A stretch of 63,054 nucleotides of DNA, filler included, from Octopus bimaculoides (GCF_001194135.2; 8 parts of 7 records of this genome joined end to end with filler, not necessarily neighbours in it); one strand, 5' to 3'; numbered from the whole stretch's first letter, positions 1 to 13,044 are shown. Program-made: numbers and translations. Notes: a model not told the origin generated them from the letters alone.

Positions 1-135
1 TATGTATATATATGTGTGTATATATGTATGTATGTATATATATATGTGTATATATGTATGTATATATATATATATGTATGTATATATGTATGTATATATA
101 TATATATGTATGTATATATATATGTATATATATAT

Positions 136-388
136 GTCTGTGCACACGTTTGAATGTGGTGTGTGCCAGAGGGTTTGCAAATCCAATGGGGGTCTTAAAA
201 GACATGTTAGGATCCACAATGAGCAGAACTTACTTGCAGGTATTGGTAGTGCAAATCAGAGGTGCAATCTGTGTGGGTGTTTTTTCAAAACACTGTCTGG
301 TTTAAAAAGCCACATCAAACGCCATGAAAGAGCTAAGGTGTAGGTGCAGGAGGTGGTCAAACTCTGTTTAAGGCGTAGACAACCACCA
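136..388 (+). mobile_element. 5'-truncated 3' end of a probable RTE/RTEX-type LINE: two C-terminal C2H2 fingers, stop, short hairpin 3'UTR
   Basis: Frame reads [23 protein letters not shown]...RCNLCGCFFKTLSGLKSHIKRHERAKV* (two C-x2-C-x12-H-x3-H, no TGEKP linker). Stop at 341-343, then GGTGGTC...GACAACCACC stem and a (TA/TATG)n tract; the same microsatellite lies on the 5' side. Confidence 0.55.
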
Positions 389-468
389 TATATGTATGTA
401 TATATATATGTATATATATGTATATATAAAGATATGTAATATAATATGTGACAATTATTCGGTTGCCA

Positions 469-531
469 TAATAAAACTCTGAGTTTCGGATGTCGGGGCG
501 GAAACCTGCTCTGGCATCTCGTCACTTATTA
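469..531 (-). ncRNA. Type I hammerhead ribozyme motif with C3G core substitution (Penelope-associated)
   Basis: Minus strand TAATAA-GTGACGA-GATG...CATCC-GAA-ACT-cag-AGT-T-TTATTA: 6-bp stem I, stem II with one bulge, 3-bp stem III. Core reads GUGACGA instead of CUGACGA. Confidence 0.6.
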
Positions 532-689
532 AGACAATCAAAAAATACTATAAAATTGACTGTTAAACAAAGGGAAATTACTATGTAAATGACCGTTATT
601 AAGACAAATAAAAGGGCTATTAGAATGACCATTGAATAAAGAGAAAAAAACCTGAGGAGCGAAAGTAAAAATGCTCATAGAATTCGCGT

Positions 690-1040
690 ATGCGCACATG
701 TACATACATACACATGCGCATGCACACGCACATACATGTGCCTATATGCACATGCTCACTCATACTTGCATGAAACATGCACACCCACACACACGCGTAT
801 ATGTGCACATATATATGCAACAATACACATGTACACATACATATCTGCACACACGTGCACATAACCATACGCACATTATATTCATATGCACATCTAAATA
901 CACACATGCTATATATGCGTATGCTCACTCACACTTGCATGAAACACATGCATGCACACCCAGACATATATATGCAACCATACACATGTACATATGCATA
1001 CTTGCACACACACACATATATACGAACATGCACAAGAAAA
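690..1040. repeat. Degenerate (CA/TA)-rich simple repeat
   Basis: Imperfect CACA/TACA/TGCA runs; the His/Thr/Tyr-rich ORFs here are repeat artefacts. Confidence 0.85.
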
Positions 1041-1099
1041 ATGCAGAGTGAAAGTTAATATACAGAAAAAGATGTAAAAATATATACAGCAATAAAAAA

Positions 1100-1130
<31 letters not shown>

Positions 1131-1214
1131 GAAAGAGAGAGAGAGAGAGAAAGAGAGATGAAATGCTTTTATGTAGGCACAATATAAAGAGCTGGTTCTA
1201 TCTGTGATCTTGTG

Positions 1215-3117
1215 GTGTACCAAAAATGTAACAAATATTTAGCCATATGTAGACATGATCCAAACAGTTCAGTTCTTGAATTTAGACATGTAGCGGGGTC
1301 TAAGGTGCTTTTGCAGATGAGCCATCTTTCCATATCACAAAGACCGCACTTACCACTGCTGTTGGTATAAGGCTTACATTTGGCTAAGATCTTCTAGTGG
1401 ATGTTGTAAGTGACACCTTCTTCTTTTAAGGACCATATATGACTGGGTAATTTGGTTGCTTTTCTTTTATCCCAGAGTCTGAAGCTCAATGTGTGATTGT
1501 TGAACCTGGCTTTAAAATTCCCCTCTGTGAGACCCACGTATTTCTTTGATGAAACTATGTCGTTAGTGGTTGTAGAGTCTACAGTAGCTTCATAAATGAT
1601 GATCTCGGACATGCAAGCTTCATTTAGCGGGCACAAATTTTTATCCCTGCACGAACAGCTGGTTTCATATTGTTGTTTTTGTGTTGTGTACGATTATATT
1701 TTTAAAACTAGTAGTTGAGCTAAAACTGATTTTTAAGTTATGTCTATTGAAAAGCTTTCTGTAACTATGATTGATTGGAAGATGTCTATCTATAAGTGCT
1801 AAGAAATATTTACCTGTATTAAAGGTCACTTTAGGGGAGTGAGGGGGTGTGAACCAGATAGTTTTCCTATTTCTATGTTTCCTTTTCTTTATTATTGGAC
1901 TGATAACGGGTGTATAGGTTATTTCCTCACTAAATCCACTGTCTTTTAGAGTATTATTTTCTATGACAACATTATTAAAAATGTCCCTATCAGAGAAGAG
2001 GCTAGAAATTCTTTTGCTAATGTTTTTAACTAAATTTTTAAACACTATGGTGGGTGGCAGGAACCTACATTAATATAACTAAGTCTATCGTTGGGCTTCC
2101 TATAAGGTTTGTAAATATTCTTATTTTAATCTAAGGATACATCTTGGAAATTGACAACTGCAGTTGTACTAAAACTGAAAGCTTTCATCATTGAGATAAT
2201 GTCCTTACGAAATCGATATTGTGCTAGTCCATTGGTATTTGCGGTTAAAACTCAGACATCAACTTTGTAAATGGCGAAATATACGTCAGGAAAGGTCTTG
2301 CCCAACGTATCGAGTAGGAATAGTCCAATGAGATCACATATGCCTGCTCCATCATATGACCCCATGCTCACATCGAAAGCACCCTCTGTATCAGTAGTCT
2401 TGACCCACTCTGTTTTCACTGAAAAGTAAAGTCTTTCTAGCATGGAAGATTATGTCCTTATCTTGTGTACTTGCAAAGGTGAAGGCATTGTCTAGCAGTT
2501 CCTTAGAGATAGAGGCATAGAAATTGACAATATCGAATTGCGTAAATCTCACTTCATTCTTATTCCTAATGGCTTCAAACCAGTCAATGACTTCTATACT
2601 ATTGGCGCATTGTACTAACCTAGAGACATTTCTGACTTTTGCATTAATTTTTCCTAAAATTTCTTTACTAATAATGCACAGTTCTGTTCAAGCTGGGTTA
2701 ATAAGCCTACATTTAGGGTTAGATAGGAAGTTCTTTTTATGGTCTTTAATGGTTATAAAGGCCTCTTTTTTTGGAAGGACCTCTATTTTTTTAATCTAAT
2801 TTAAGTCACGCAGCAATGATACTAGCTTCTTTATTAATTTCATTTTGAATTTGTGGCCTAGCTTTGGTGTAATTATTAATAATTCTGTTGTGTAGGAGTC
2901 CTGAATATGTGTGGTTTTCTACAAGGTATAAGTTCTTGGTTTTATCAGAAAAAAGTGCCGTTTTTTAAAACTCCTTTATGTATTTGATACCTTTTTTCAG
3001 TTTCTGTTGGAAAGTGTTAAAAGACTTACAAAATTTTATTTTGTTCATGAGCTACAGTAGGTCCTCTATTTACATAATATCGAGGTCTCATTCATTCTTT
3101 TGTTGTTATAACATTAC
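1215..3117 (-). mobile_element. Degenerate Penelope-like retroelement (RT + GIY-YIG endonuclease)
   Basis: Fragments in the expected order: [60 protein letters not shown] (YRDD decayed to YKVD), RKTIWFTPPHS, IIYEATV...KYVGLTEGNFKARFNNH, KCKPYTNSSGKCGLC...NSRTEL. Multiple stops and frameshifts. Confidence 0.9.
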
Positions 3118-3308
3118 TATTAATATATATATATATATATATATATATTAGTAGTTAGCGACTTTGGGATCGAGGCAAAATGGGTGCCCAGAATTAGACC
3201 AGCTTGGANNNNNNNNNNNNNNNNNNNNNNNNNNNNNNNNNNNNNNNNNNNNTTAATTAATTAANNNNNNNNNNNNNNNNNNNNNNNNNNNNNNNNNNNN
3301 NNNNNNNN

Positions 3309-3355
<47 letters not shown>

Positions 3356-3357
<2 letters not shown>

Positions 3358-3770
3358 GATAATTAAAAAATGCTTTCTAATTGATGTATCAATACCAGCA
3401 GATGACAACGTTTCCCTAAAAGAAATGGAAAAACTTTCAAAATACAAAGACCTGGAAATAGAGATAACTCGAATGTGGAATCTAAAAACGGAAACAATTC
3501 CTATCATAGTAGGTGCCTTAGGTATAATAAAAAAATATTCAGACAAATACATAACAAAAACACCAGGACTTACAAATATATATAACGTACAGAAAATTGC
3601 ACTACTGGGTACTGCACACATCCTACGCAAAACACTTTCAATACAGTAACCATAAGAGCATCACAGCGAACCACAGCACATACCCAAGGCACACAGAGCT
3701 GCGCTCGGTAGCGAAGTGAAAGCACGTTATAAAAATAAAACTACGGAACAATAATAATAATAATAATAAT
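3356..3770 (+). mobile_element. 5'-truncated R4/Dong-clade (RLE) LINE 3' end with (TAA)n tail
   Basis: KCFLIDVSIPADDNVSLKEMEKLSKYKDLEIEITRMWNLKTETIPIIVGALG...LLGTAHILRKTLSIQ* (restriction-like endonuclease C-terminus), about 100 nt 3'UTR, (TAA)n at 3310-3355 and 3750-3770. Confidence 0.88.
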
Positions 3771-6295
3771 GACGAACATAAAAAATAATGTATATAATTG
3801 TTATATGATATATAACGTTGCTCTTAGACAGATCTTAAGAAATAAGGGAAATGACCTTACAACCGTAAAAAATCTCATGTATTCCACTGTTAAAGTTGTA
3901 ACTGCTCAGCTAGGTATCAAGACGACACAGAAAAGAATCGACCATGTCAATAGACCTCATAAGTGGAAAGTAGTAATACAAAAAGTGATCGCATCCCTGC
4001 GGGCGGATGTATCAGTTCTCAATCAACTTACTAGACGAGTAAATGTTAAGACGAAACGAGCAAGAAAAATCAAGCAGAAATATAAAATCAAAGATTTTAT
4101 AAAATTCTCGGCAATCAAGGAACAGTTGAAACAACGAATACAATTGAAAGCTAAACGGCTTAGAAGTTATGACAAAAGAATCAAGTTTTATTGACGAAAC
4201 AAGATATTCAAGATGGATGCAAAGAAATTTTATAGGGAATTTGGCAAAAGTAAGATAGAAGTAATGGAGCCACCTAAGACTAAGGAAATAGAAGAGTTCT
4301 GGAAAAAGATATGGAGCAACAAAAATGAATATAATGCTAAAGCTGACTGGATAGAGCGTGAGAAAGTGAGACTGGATGAAGTTGAAGAGCAGAAATGAGA
4401 GGCAATAGGAATAGAAGAGCTAAGATGTGTTCTTAAGAAGTTTCACGAATGGATAACACCAGGAATGGACCGGATTCCTAACTTCTGGCTGAATTGTTTG
4501 TCAGAAGTACACCAAAATTTAACTGCATCTCTGACTGATGTTACCTAGAACCCAGAACAAATACCTGCCTAGCTGACTGAAGGAATAACATACATTCTAC
4601 CAAAAACTGAAGATACAAAAAATCCAAAGCACTACTGACCAATAACATGTCTCAACACTACTAAAAGATCCTCACATCCATATCGACTGACAAAATATAT
4701 GCTTTCCTTGAACAGAAGTCTATCCTTCCACAAGCTCGAAAAGGCTGTAAAAAGAATTCTTATGGGTGAAAAGATCGATTACTCATAAGTGAAATGATTG
4801 TAGAGAAGTGCGGAGGAAACAGAAGAACCGGAGTATGACATGGATAGACTACAGGAAAACGTTTGATAGTGTCCCACATAACTGGCTACTCACGGCCCTC
4901 GAGATATATAAAATCTCTACTGTCGTCTCCAAATTCTTACAAGGTAGCATGGCCAAGTAGAACACACGTCTCTTTCTAAACCATAGTAATGGAATGAACC
5001 AATCTAACATCAGCATCAAGCGAGACATCTTTCAAGGTGATTCTCTCTTCCCATTACTCTTTTACATGGCACTGATCCCACTCTCAAAAGCACTAAGTAA
5101 CACGAGGTATGGGTTCAAAGTTTATAATACGACAATAAACCATTTGTTTTATATAGACGATCTGAAATTATTTGCTAGAATTGTCAAAGAGCCAACAGGG
5201 TTGCTAACAACTGTTAAGGAGCTCAGGAATGACATCGGGTGGATTTTGGCCTTGACAAGTGTGCTAAAGCAACTCTTGTAAGAGTCAAGCACAAGTAAAC
5301 AACTTCCATTAAATTAGATACCGATGCTACCGTCAAGGAGCTTGACCCACAAGGGAATTACAAATACCTGAGAATAAACGAAAGAGATGGTATACAACAT
5401 GGTACTATGAAGGAAAAAATAAGAAAGGAGTATTAGAGGACAGTAAGACTCATACTAAAAGCTGAACTCAACTCGAAAAATCGCATGGATCCCATTAACA
5501 TCCTGGCACTTTCAGTAGTCCAATATAGTTTTAATTTCATTAACAGGAATCTTACAGGAATCTCTGACGCCTGGGCAGGAAGACGAGAAAACTACTAACA
5601 TCTAAAAACGTGTACCATCTAAAAGCAGACGTTGATCGTCTGTACCTACCTAGACGTAATGGGGGAAGAGGAATGATGCAGGTAGAACTGCATGAACAGG
5701 TACTTTCTTGCGAACACGAGAGCAGCAAAAGATTGCATTCTATTGTCAAGGGAACTTGGCATTAAGCCTGAAATTAATGAAGAACCTGAAATCACTGCCA
5801 CACGAAACGGATCAAGCAGATTGCAAAAGTAAAAAACAGGCAGAAACGAATTGAGGACCGGTGGAGTCAGAAGCACCTCCATGGACAGTATATACTTCGA
5901 AGTCGAAATGCTGATGTAGACCAAGTAACAGCCCAGTAGAGTCTAAGAAGTTCAGGACTGAAAGCAGAGACTGAAGGTTTCATATTGGCGGCACGAGATC
6001 AATGCTTGCTTACCAAAGACTAACGTTCTTCAAAAGGGTTTTGACTCTAAATGCTGATTCTGCGACACATGTGACGAAACAGTTCATCTCGTTTCGGAAT
6101 GTCTTATGCTAGCACCAAACGAATCCAAAAATCGCCACGATAAGGTACGACAATATTTACATTGAAAAATATGTAAACACTATAAAATCAGCACTCTTGT
6201 TTACTGGTATGAACATCATCCTCAGCCAGTTGTTGAAGGTAAAAATGTCACTATCCTCTGAGATTTTTCAGTTAACACTGACAAAACGATTCAAA
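3771..6295 (+). mobile_element. Degenerate R4/Dong-clade LINE, 3'-truncated
   Basis: DAKKFYREFG...IEEFWKKIW, PGMDRIPNFWL, WIDYRKTFDSVPH, IFQGDSLFPLLF, HLFYIDDLKLF, GGRG, decayed CCHC knuckle, WYEHHPQPVVEGKNVTIL..NTDKTIQ. Stops just before the RPD motif; many stops. Confidence 0.88.
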
Positions 6296-6789
6296 TACTT
6301 GCACCGAAAAAACAATGCATACAATGTAAAGCAGAAAAATTCTATATACATAGAAACGATGATAAACAGAAGTCAGAAAACATAAAATATCTCATAGAAA
6401 TACATAAATAAATCTAAAGGAATGTAGTGAATAGTGAGGAGAGAATATAGATAGTTCGAATAACGTATTTGATACCAGAGAAATAATAAATATTACAAAT
6501 AAAGCAGACTTAGAGTTACTCCCAGCCTCAATGTAACAAAAGGCTGTAACGTCTGTTAATAAAATATTTTACAAGATCTTGTAAAGAAGGAATGTTAGAT
6601 AAGGAAATGAATAACGAAGCATTGTAAAAGATAAAAAGTTAGGAATAGATTAACCAACAAATGATGAACCATGTCTATTAACTGAAATACAGATAGCAAC
6701 ATCGATAAAGAAACGAAGAAAATTGTCAAAATATGAGATGCATCGAAATTCAAAGTAGCTGATTATCGGGGTAATCCAACATACGATGA

Positions 6790-7086
6790 AGTAGAGAGAG
6801 AGGGAGGAAGAGAGAGAGAAAGAGTGACAGAGAGAGAGAGAGTGAGAGAGAGAGTAAGAGAGAGAGAGAGAGTGACAGAGACAGAGAGATAGAGAGAGAC
6901 AGAGAGAGAGAGCGACAAAGAGGCACACAGAGAGTGAGAGAATGAGAGAGACAGAAAGAGAGTGAGAGAGAGAGGGAGGGAGAGAGAGAGTGAGAAAGAG
7001 ACATAGAGATAGAGAAAGACAGAAACAGAGACAGAGAGAGAAACAGAGAGAAAGTGGGAGAGAGGGAGAGAGAGAGACATAGAGAT

Positions 7087-7131
<45 letters not shown>

Positions 7132-7540
7132 GAGAGACAAAAAGATAGAGACAGAGAGAAAGGGAGAGAGAGTGAGAGACAGACAGACAGAAATAGAGAG
7201 GGAGAGAGAGTGAGAGAGAGAGAGAGTGAGAGAGAGAGACTGAGAGAGAGAGAGACAAAGAGAGAGAGAGAGACAAAGAGTGAGAGAGACAAAGAGAGAG
7301 AGAGAGAGTGAGAGAGACAGCGAGAGAGACAGTGAGAGATACAGTGAGAAAGAGAGAGAGACAGTGAGAGTGAGAGAGAGAGACAGTGAGAGTGAGAGAG
7401 AGAGAGACAGTGAGAGTGAGAGAGAGAGTTTGAGTGGGTGAGTCAGTGGGTGAGTGAGTTAGTGAGTGAGTGAGTGAGTGAGAGACACACAGACAGACAG
7501 ACAGATACAGAGACAGAGAAAGAGAGAGACAGACAGACAA
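6790..7540. repeat. Long degenerate (GA)n/(GACA)n/(GAGT)n tract
   Basis: About 750 bp purine-rich dinucleotide-derived repeat; explains the Ser/Leu ORFs on the minus strand. Confidence 0.95.
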
Positions 7541-7680
7541 ATGGTTTCCATAAAATATGAAATAGAATAGAATGACTGTTAATAATTTGAAATACCATAG
7601 ATGAGAATGTATACCTACTGTCACGCATAGATACAAATACAACAAACACACGTGTTGAAATACAATAGAAAACAGCAATG

Positions 7681-7735
<55 letters not shown>

Positions 7736-7740
7736 TAATA

Positions 7741-7953
7741 ATCCTTTCTACTAAAGGAACAAGGCCTGAAATTTGGGGGAAGAAATTAAGTCATTTACAT
7801 CAACTCCAGTGTATAACGGGTTCTTATTTAATTAACTCCAAAAAGATGAAAGGCAAAAATGACCTTGTTGGAAATTGAACTCAAGGTAGCGGCAGACGAA
7901 ATACTGCGAAGCATCTCGCCCGGTGTGCTAACGATTCTGCCACCTCGCCGCCT
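7741..7953 (-). mobile_element. tRNA-derived SINE, family A, with (TTA)n tail
   Basis: Reverse complement begins AGGCGGCGAGGTGGCAGAATCGTTAGCAC..GAGTTCAATTTCC and ends GGCCTTGTTCCTTTAGTAGAAAGGAT+(TAT)n; homologous to other copies in the window. Confidence 0.8.
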
Positions 7954-7955
7954 CA

Positions 7956-8028
<73 letters not shown>

Positions 8029-8383
8029 CCAACATCACGGATCCATTTCCTTCTGTTTCCAATTTGCTGTTGTTTGCTTCGAAAGAGATAAAAATAAATA
8101 AATCAAAGCGGGTGCAACGTAGTATATAAAGTAAGGTTTCGATTATTTATGTTTCGAATTAGCTTCGTTTCCTGGTTGAGTAGATATCTGATGTCTGTTA
8201 AGTCTTTTGTCACCTTTGGGTTATCGATTGATGAGAGAAGTACCGTTGTAGCCCAAAAGTTTAACGATCCATTCGAAGACATCTATGGGAACAATTTGTA
8301 AGGAGATTGATTAAAGACAAGATATTGCGTTAAGAAGTATGAACAAAAGTTTCCAGAAGATAAAGTTGATTAAAGTATAGTAA

Positions 8384-8385
<2 letters not shown>

Positions 8386-8451
<66 letters not shown>

Positions 8452-8453
8452 CT
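8386..8453. repeat. (TATC)n microsatellite
   Basis: Perfect tetranucleotide run. Confidence 0.98.
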
Positions 8454-8587
8454 ATGGACAGACGGTAGACGTGTCGGCTCCGTAAGTTTTGCCTTTTTTA
8501 TGTTTTAAAAAGTCTGTTTGTAAAGTTTATTTTATATAGAAAGTTGTATAACAACTTATAGACTCTCTGGTGCAAGTCNNNNNNNNN

Positions 8588-8972
8588 NAAAAGAAAAAAG
8601 AATTCACACACACAGATGCAAGTGTTAACTTGAAAGTTAACACCGCCACCACCACCACCAACAACAAAAACAAAACTGTAACCAAAGTTACAAAACAGAA
8701 CACAGACGATGTCTCCAAAGTATCTGACGTCAACACCATTTCTGCTGACGCCATCATCACCACCACCACCACCAACAACAACAACGACGACAACAACAAC
8801 AACAACAGCAGCAGCAGCAACAGTTCAACTCAACTTTTGCTCTTTTCACCAGCAGCAAGCGAAAGAGAGGAAGGAAAAATGAATACAAGCCACAACACGA
8901 CTGACACAGTCACAAATACCACATCTACCACCAATACCAGTGCCAGCACCAGCAACAACAATAACAACAATA
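8588..8972 (+). other. Thr/Asn-rich low-complexity open frame between two gaps (possible exon, unproven)
   Basis: About 128 open codons, but the strand is T-poor so stops are unlikely by chance; no domain or splice sites visible. Confidence 0.2.
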
Positions 8973-9073
8973 ANNNNNNNNNNNNNNNNNNNNNNNNNNN
9001 NNNNNNNNNNNNNNNNNTTAATTAATTAANNNNNNNNNNNNNNNNNNNNNNNNNNNNNNNNNNNNNNNNNNNN

Positions 9074-9340
9074 GGAATCTAAAAACAGAAACAATTCCTA
9101 TCATAGTAGGTGCCTTAGGTATAATAAAAAAATATTCAGACAAATACATAACAAAAACACCAGGACTTACAAATATATATAACATACAGAAAATTGCACT
9201 ACTGGGTACTGCACACATTCTACGCAAAACACTTTCAATACAGTAAACATAAGAGCACCACAGCAAACCACAGCACATACCCAATGCGCACAGAGCTGCG
9301 CTCGGTAGTGAAGTGAAAGCACGTTATAAAAATAAAACTA

Positions 9341-9372
<32 letters not shown>
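9074..9372 (+). mobile_element. Second young R4/Dong LINE 3' end with (TAA)n tail
   Basis: Nearly identical to about 3476-3770 (NLKTETIPIIVGALG...RKTLSIQ*, same 3'UTR, (TAA)n). Confidence 0.9.
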
Positions 9373-9899
9373 CGTGGCTTTACTATATATATTTTCATGG
9401 ACCTTCTTCAGATGAGCTCTCTTCTCTGGTTCCTTCTTTAAGAATTTATCAGCAATCAACGAGACTTGCATCCAGTTCTCATCAGTATGTTTTGTAACTT
9501 CCTACGTCTCGTAAAGCACTTTACAGTACCAGTTCTTCCCTCGCATCTGTAAACCTTGAAATTCCCTTCCACTGTCTCGTTTTCTTCTTCAATATGATCT
9601 CCAGTGTTTTAAGTTTAATGTAAGCGTCCATTTTATTCTAGTTGCTCTTACGTTCTCAGTGGTCTAAGGACCTTGTAACGAGCGAATGCTTTTTATAAAA
9701 ATAATGATAATGATGAATTACATGCTGTTTTCTAGCTGCAGAGCTCAGAGTATGTGGTGCAGGATAGCCCGCTAAACTTTTGAATTTAGAAGGGCTTCTT
9801 TGAATCTTTAAAGGCAAACACCTTTAGATATGGTGTCACGTTAAAATTAAAGAAAAAAACAGTGATCGTGACACCCTGTCACCACTTTCTTCAGGATTT

Positions 9900-12300
9900 G
9901 CTCTAAGAGTATGAATATAGGAATTATAGATGCTATTCTTTGAGGAGACACGCTGAAGGTGAAAGGAAGCGCATAAGAGGATATAAAAAGAGAATGTATG
10001 ACGTGTAAATTTTGGGTATCACAGAACATATATTACGCGACCAGGCAAGGGTGATAAGGAGGAACAGGTTGTTATCAACATTATACTTTTATGAGATTAA
10101 GTAGAAGGTGACGACTGAAAATACGGTGTGTGGAGATGAAGTCAGACCAGAGAATGTTGATGCGATTGCATCGAATGAGAGTGTTCAGGCGAATGATAGT
10201 GGCTCAACTTTTGAGAATGTTGAAAGGCTGAGCGATGAGGACAGGAATGATCGAAAACACTAGTATCATTGAGAAACGTCTGGATGTGCACATAAATAGA
10301 GTCACGAAATTGGATAGAATTTTGCTCTGTAGGTGAAGTCGGAAGGTGAATAAAAGACTGAAAAAAAATTAAGACGGATACCATAAGTGGAACGAATAGA
10401 TCGACTCAATCTTGTATCATCTACATAAGAACCAAAAATGTAAAAATGGAAATATTGGTGAGAGTAATGTAGTGAAATCACAAGTGCATTACCTGCGGAC
10501 TTCTGATATGGAAGTTGATGGCAGCAACATTATTTAATTGTGTATTTATCCTCCTGGAAGCAAATGACATGCTGCCAGTTGAACGGAAAAGGTACACGAA
10601 GAAAAGCCGAGGCACAAAATATCAACTTCTGATAGACAAAATAGTGCTAAACGATTGTAAGAAAAGACATAATACACTGGGTATGGCGTGGATCGATTAT
10701 AAGAAAGCTTATGACATGGTCCTCCATTCCTGGAGTTTAGGAAGACTTGAGTTAGTACAGGTGTTTGATCATATTTTGAATTTTATCAGATTAGTGAAGA
10801 ATTGTAATACAGAGTTAACATCATGTGGGGGAATATTTGGCGAAGCTTAACGTCAGGAGAGGCATATTCCAGGGAGATAGTCTGTCACCATTGTTGCTTT
10901 TGATATATATGATACCCTTTACAGCGATGTTACGGATAGTGACACCACAGTGTCACTGAAAAGTAGAGAAAAGCCGTATCAGCTGTTCTACACGGATAAC
11001 TTAATGATTTTCGGTAAGCGTGAGCATGAAAGTCATGGTTTGGTTCTGACAGTGCAGATATTTAGTAAGGATATCGGGGTGGAATTTGTGATTGATACGT
11101 GTAGTGGGTTTATCATAAAATGAGAAGTATTGTCAGCTGATGGTGTAGAAGTGGCCAACAGCGAGAAAATTAATGATGTCGAGGTGGATGGTTACTAGTG
11201 TCTGAGTACACTGAGTACATTGCAGTACGATACAATCAAGGAGAGTGAGATAAAGAAATGCTTTAGGCAAGAATATCTCAGGAGAACCAAGCTAATTGTG
11301 AAGAGAAAAATATACGACAAGACCTATGAATATACGCTCTGTCTCCTTAATGGTATATGGTGCAGGTGTTGTTAGATGCCGAGAAAATGTGCTTGAAGAA
11401 GTAGATAGGAAAACGATCAGGAAAATGATGACAATGAACAAGGAAGTGCACTCAAAAAGCGATGTCGAAAGCATGTATGTGTTTAGAAACAAGGGAGGAA
11501 GAGATCTTATAGAATATAAGATTGTGTTATCAATAAAGAATACAGTGTGGTATGCTGCGTCAAACATCAGATTAAAACTTTGGTTGGTGCTGTTAGAAAT
11601 TGCAACACAATACCTAGTGAAAATGTGAGACAATCAAAGAATTTAAGAAACAAAATGGAAAGCTATGATTGAACAAGTGGAAAGTGAAATCTAGTTACAC
11701 CAAGTTCCTCAAACGGATAACAGTTATACCAAGTTTCTCAAACAGAATACATTTACAACAAATTCCTCAAAAGGAATACAAAAGAGTGCCTGATAACGTA
11801 GCTAGGTATAGTCGTCGGAGATTGCGTGAGAAATATGATCTTGAAAGGAAACTGAAATTGTACGAGCATAAACCAGAAGGCTTCATCGAAAATAATTAGC
11901 ATAAGACCTTGTGAGATTTTTTAATCTAATGTGATTGACACTTGGAAACCAGACATTGTTCCAATTAATAGAATGAAGAAAACCAAGATCACAGACGTTG
12001 CCATACCAGTGGCTGTACGAGTGGAAGAGAAAGAACTGGAAAAGACTGAAAATTACAAGCCACTAAGAGATCAGATTGCACGAACGTGGGCAATAAAGAG
12101 AAAGTATCAGTCATCCTAGCAGCTGTAGGGGCATTTTCGAAGAGGTTTGAGGAATATGTTAGAGAAATTTGAGAAACTAGAATTGACATGACGGTAGATC
12201 ATGCTGAGAACAATGCTTTATTGGGGACAGCAAGAATATGGAGATTGGCACTTGATTGTTCAATATCGTGGAAGAAGACCCTTTAAGGACATTGACAACA
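9900..12300 (+). mobile_element. Old, internally deleted R4/Dong-clade LINE
   Basis: GYKKRM..ITEHILRDQARVIRRN N-terminus; KSRGTKYQLLIDK..MAWIDYKKAYDMVLHSW; RGIFQGDSLSPLL; FRNKGGRDL; WKPDIV..ITDVAIP..EKELEKTENYKPL; LLGTARIWR. Confidence 0.85.
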
Positions 12301-12619
12301 AATTATTTTCCACCTTCACAGAATTAGCCAAAACAAGTGAAATCAAGGGTTCTGTAAAGTAAAGTGATAATGATAGTGACCAAGTCAGCGTCTCTAACTG
12401 TGAACAACGATGAAAAGATTCCAAAGAAAATATATTGAGAAATATACTATCATTGACCAATGGTCTTAGACATACTTGTGTAACGAAGAGTTGTGCTTAA
12501 CGTGCATATGGTTTCAAGTTCAATACCACTGAACAGTTGTGCTCCTGCCATAGTTTCAGTTTTACTAAATTCTTGTGAAATAAACCTGATTCAAGGATCG
12601 AAATTGTATGAGAGTCTGC

Positions 12620-13040
12620 TGGAAAAGACGAGTGGTGGTTCGTTTTCTTGGAAAATAGATTTAATCATTCATCCATTTAATATCACCACCGGAAACTATA
12701 GGTCTCCTTACGAGAGGCCACGCTTTTGTACGCATTGAATATTAGTCTTTGGTTTGAGAAAACCCTCTCTTTTTTCCCCATCAGTCATGGAGTTGCTGAC
12801 ATGCCTTCTTTAATTAAACCAAGAAATAAAAAAAAGATATTCTTCGCTCGCAAATGTATATGACTTGGTACTACGAATTATGCCTTCACTAATTTTTCTT
12901 GTGTACCTATTTAATATAGAGCAGATACATTCAGTCACTCGTTTCTTTAACTCGTGACGAAAGGATTTTTCGATACGCGACACTTGGAGGGAAAGCGAAG
13001 GTTGTATTAACCCATAGATGGTACTATTTTCAGCTAGGTA
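12620..13040 (-). mobile_element. Highly decayed mariner transposase fragment
   Basis: SFRHELKKRVTECICSILNR...TFASEEYLFF...TDGEKREGFLKPKTNIQ resembles the mariner WVPHEL / TGDEKW / PK..LH region. Confidence 0.45.
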
Positions 13041-13044
13041 CACT

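Noticed and set aside
6650-7678. 342-aa Ser/Leu ORF and overlapping ORFs
   Set aside because: Translation of a (CT)n-type repeat.
9380-9620. Possible further R4 fragment on the minus strand
   Set aside because: Only a vague resemblance (SLIADKFL); not enough to call.
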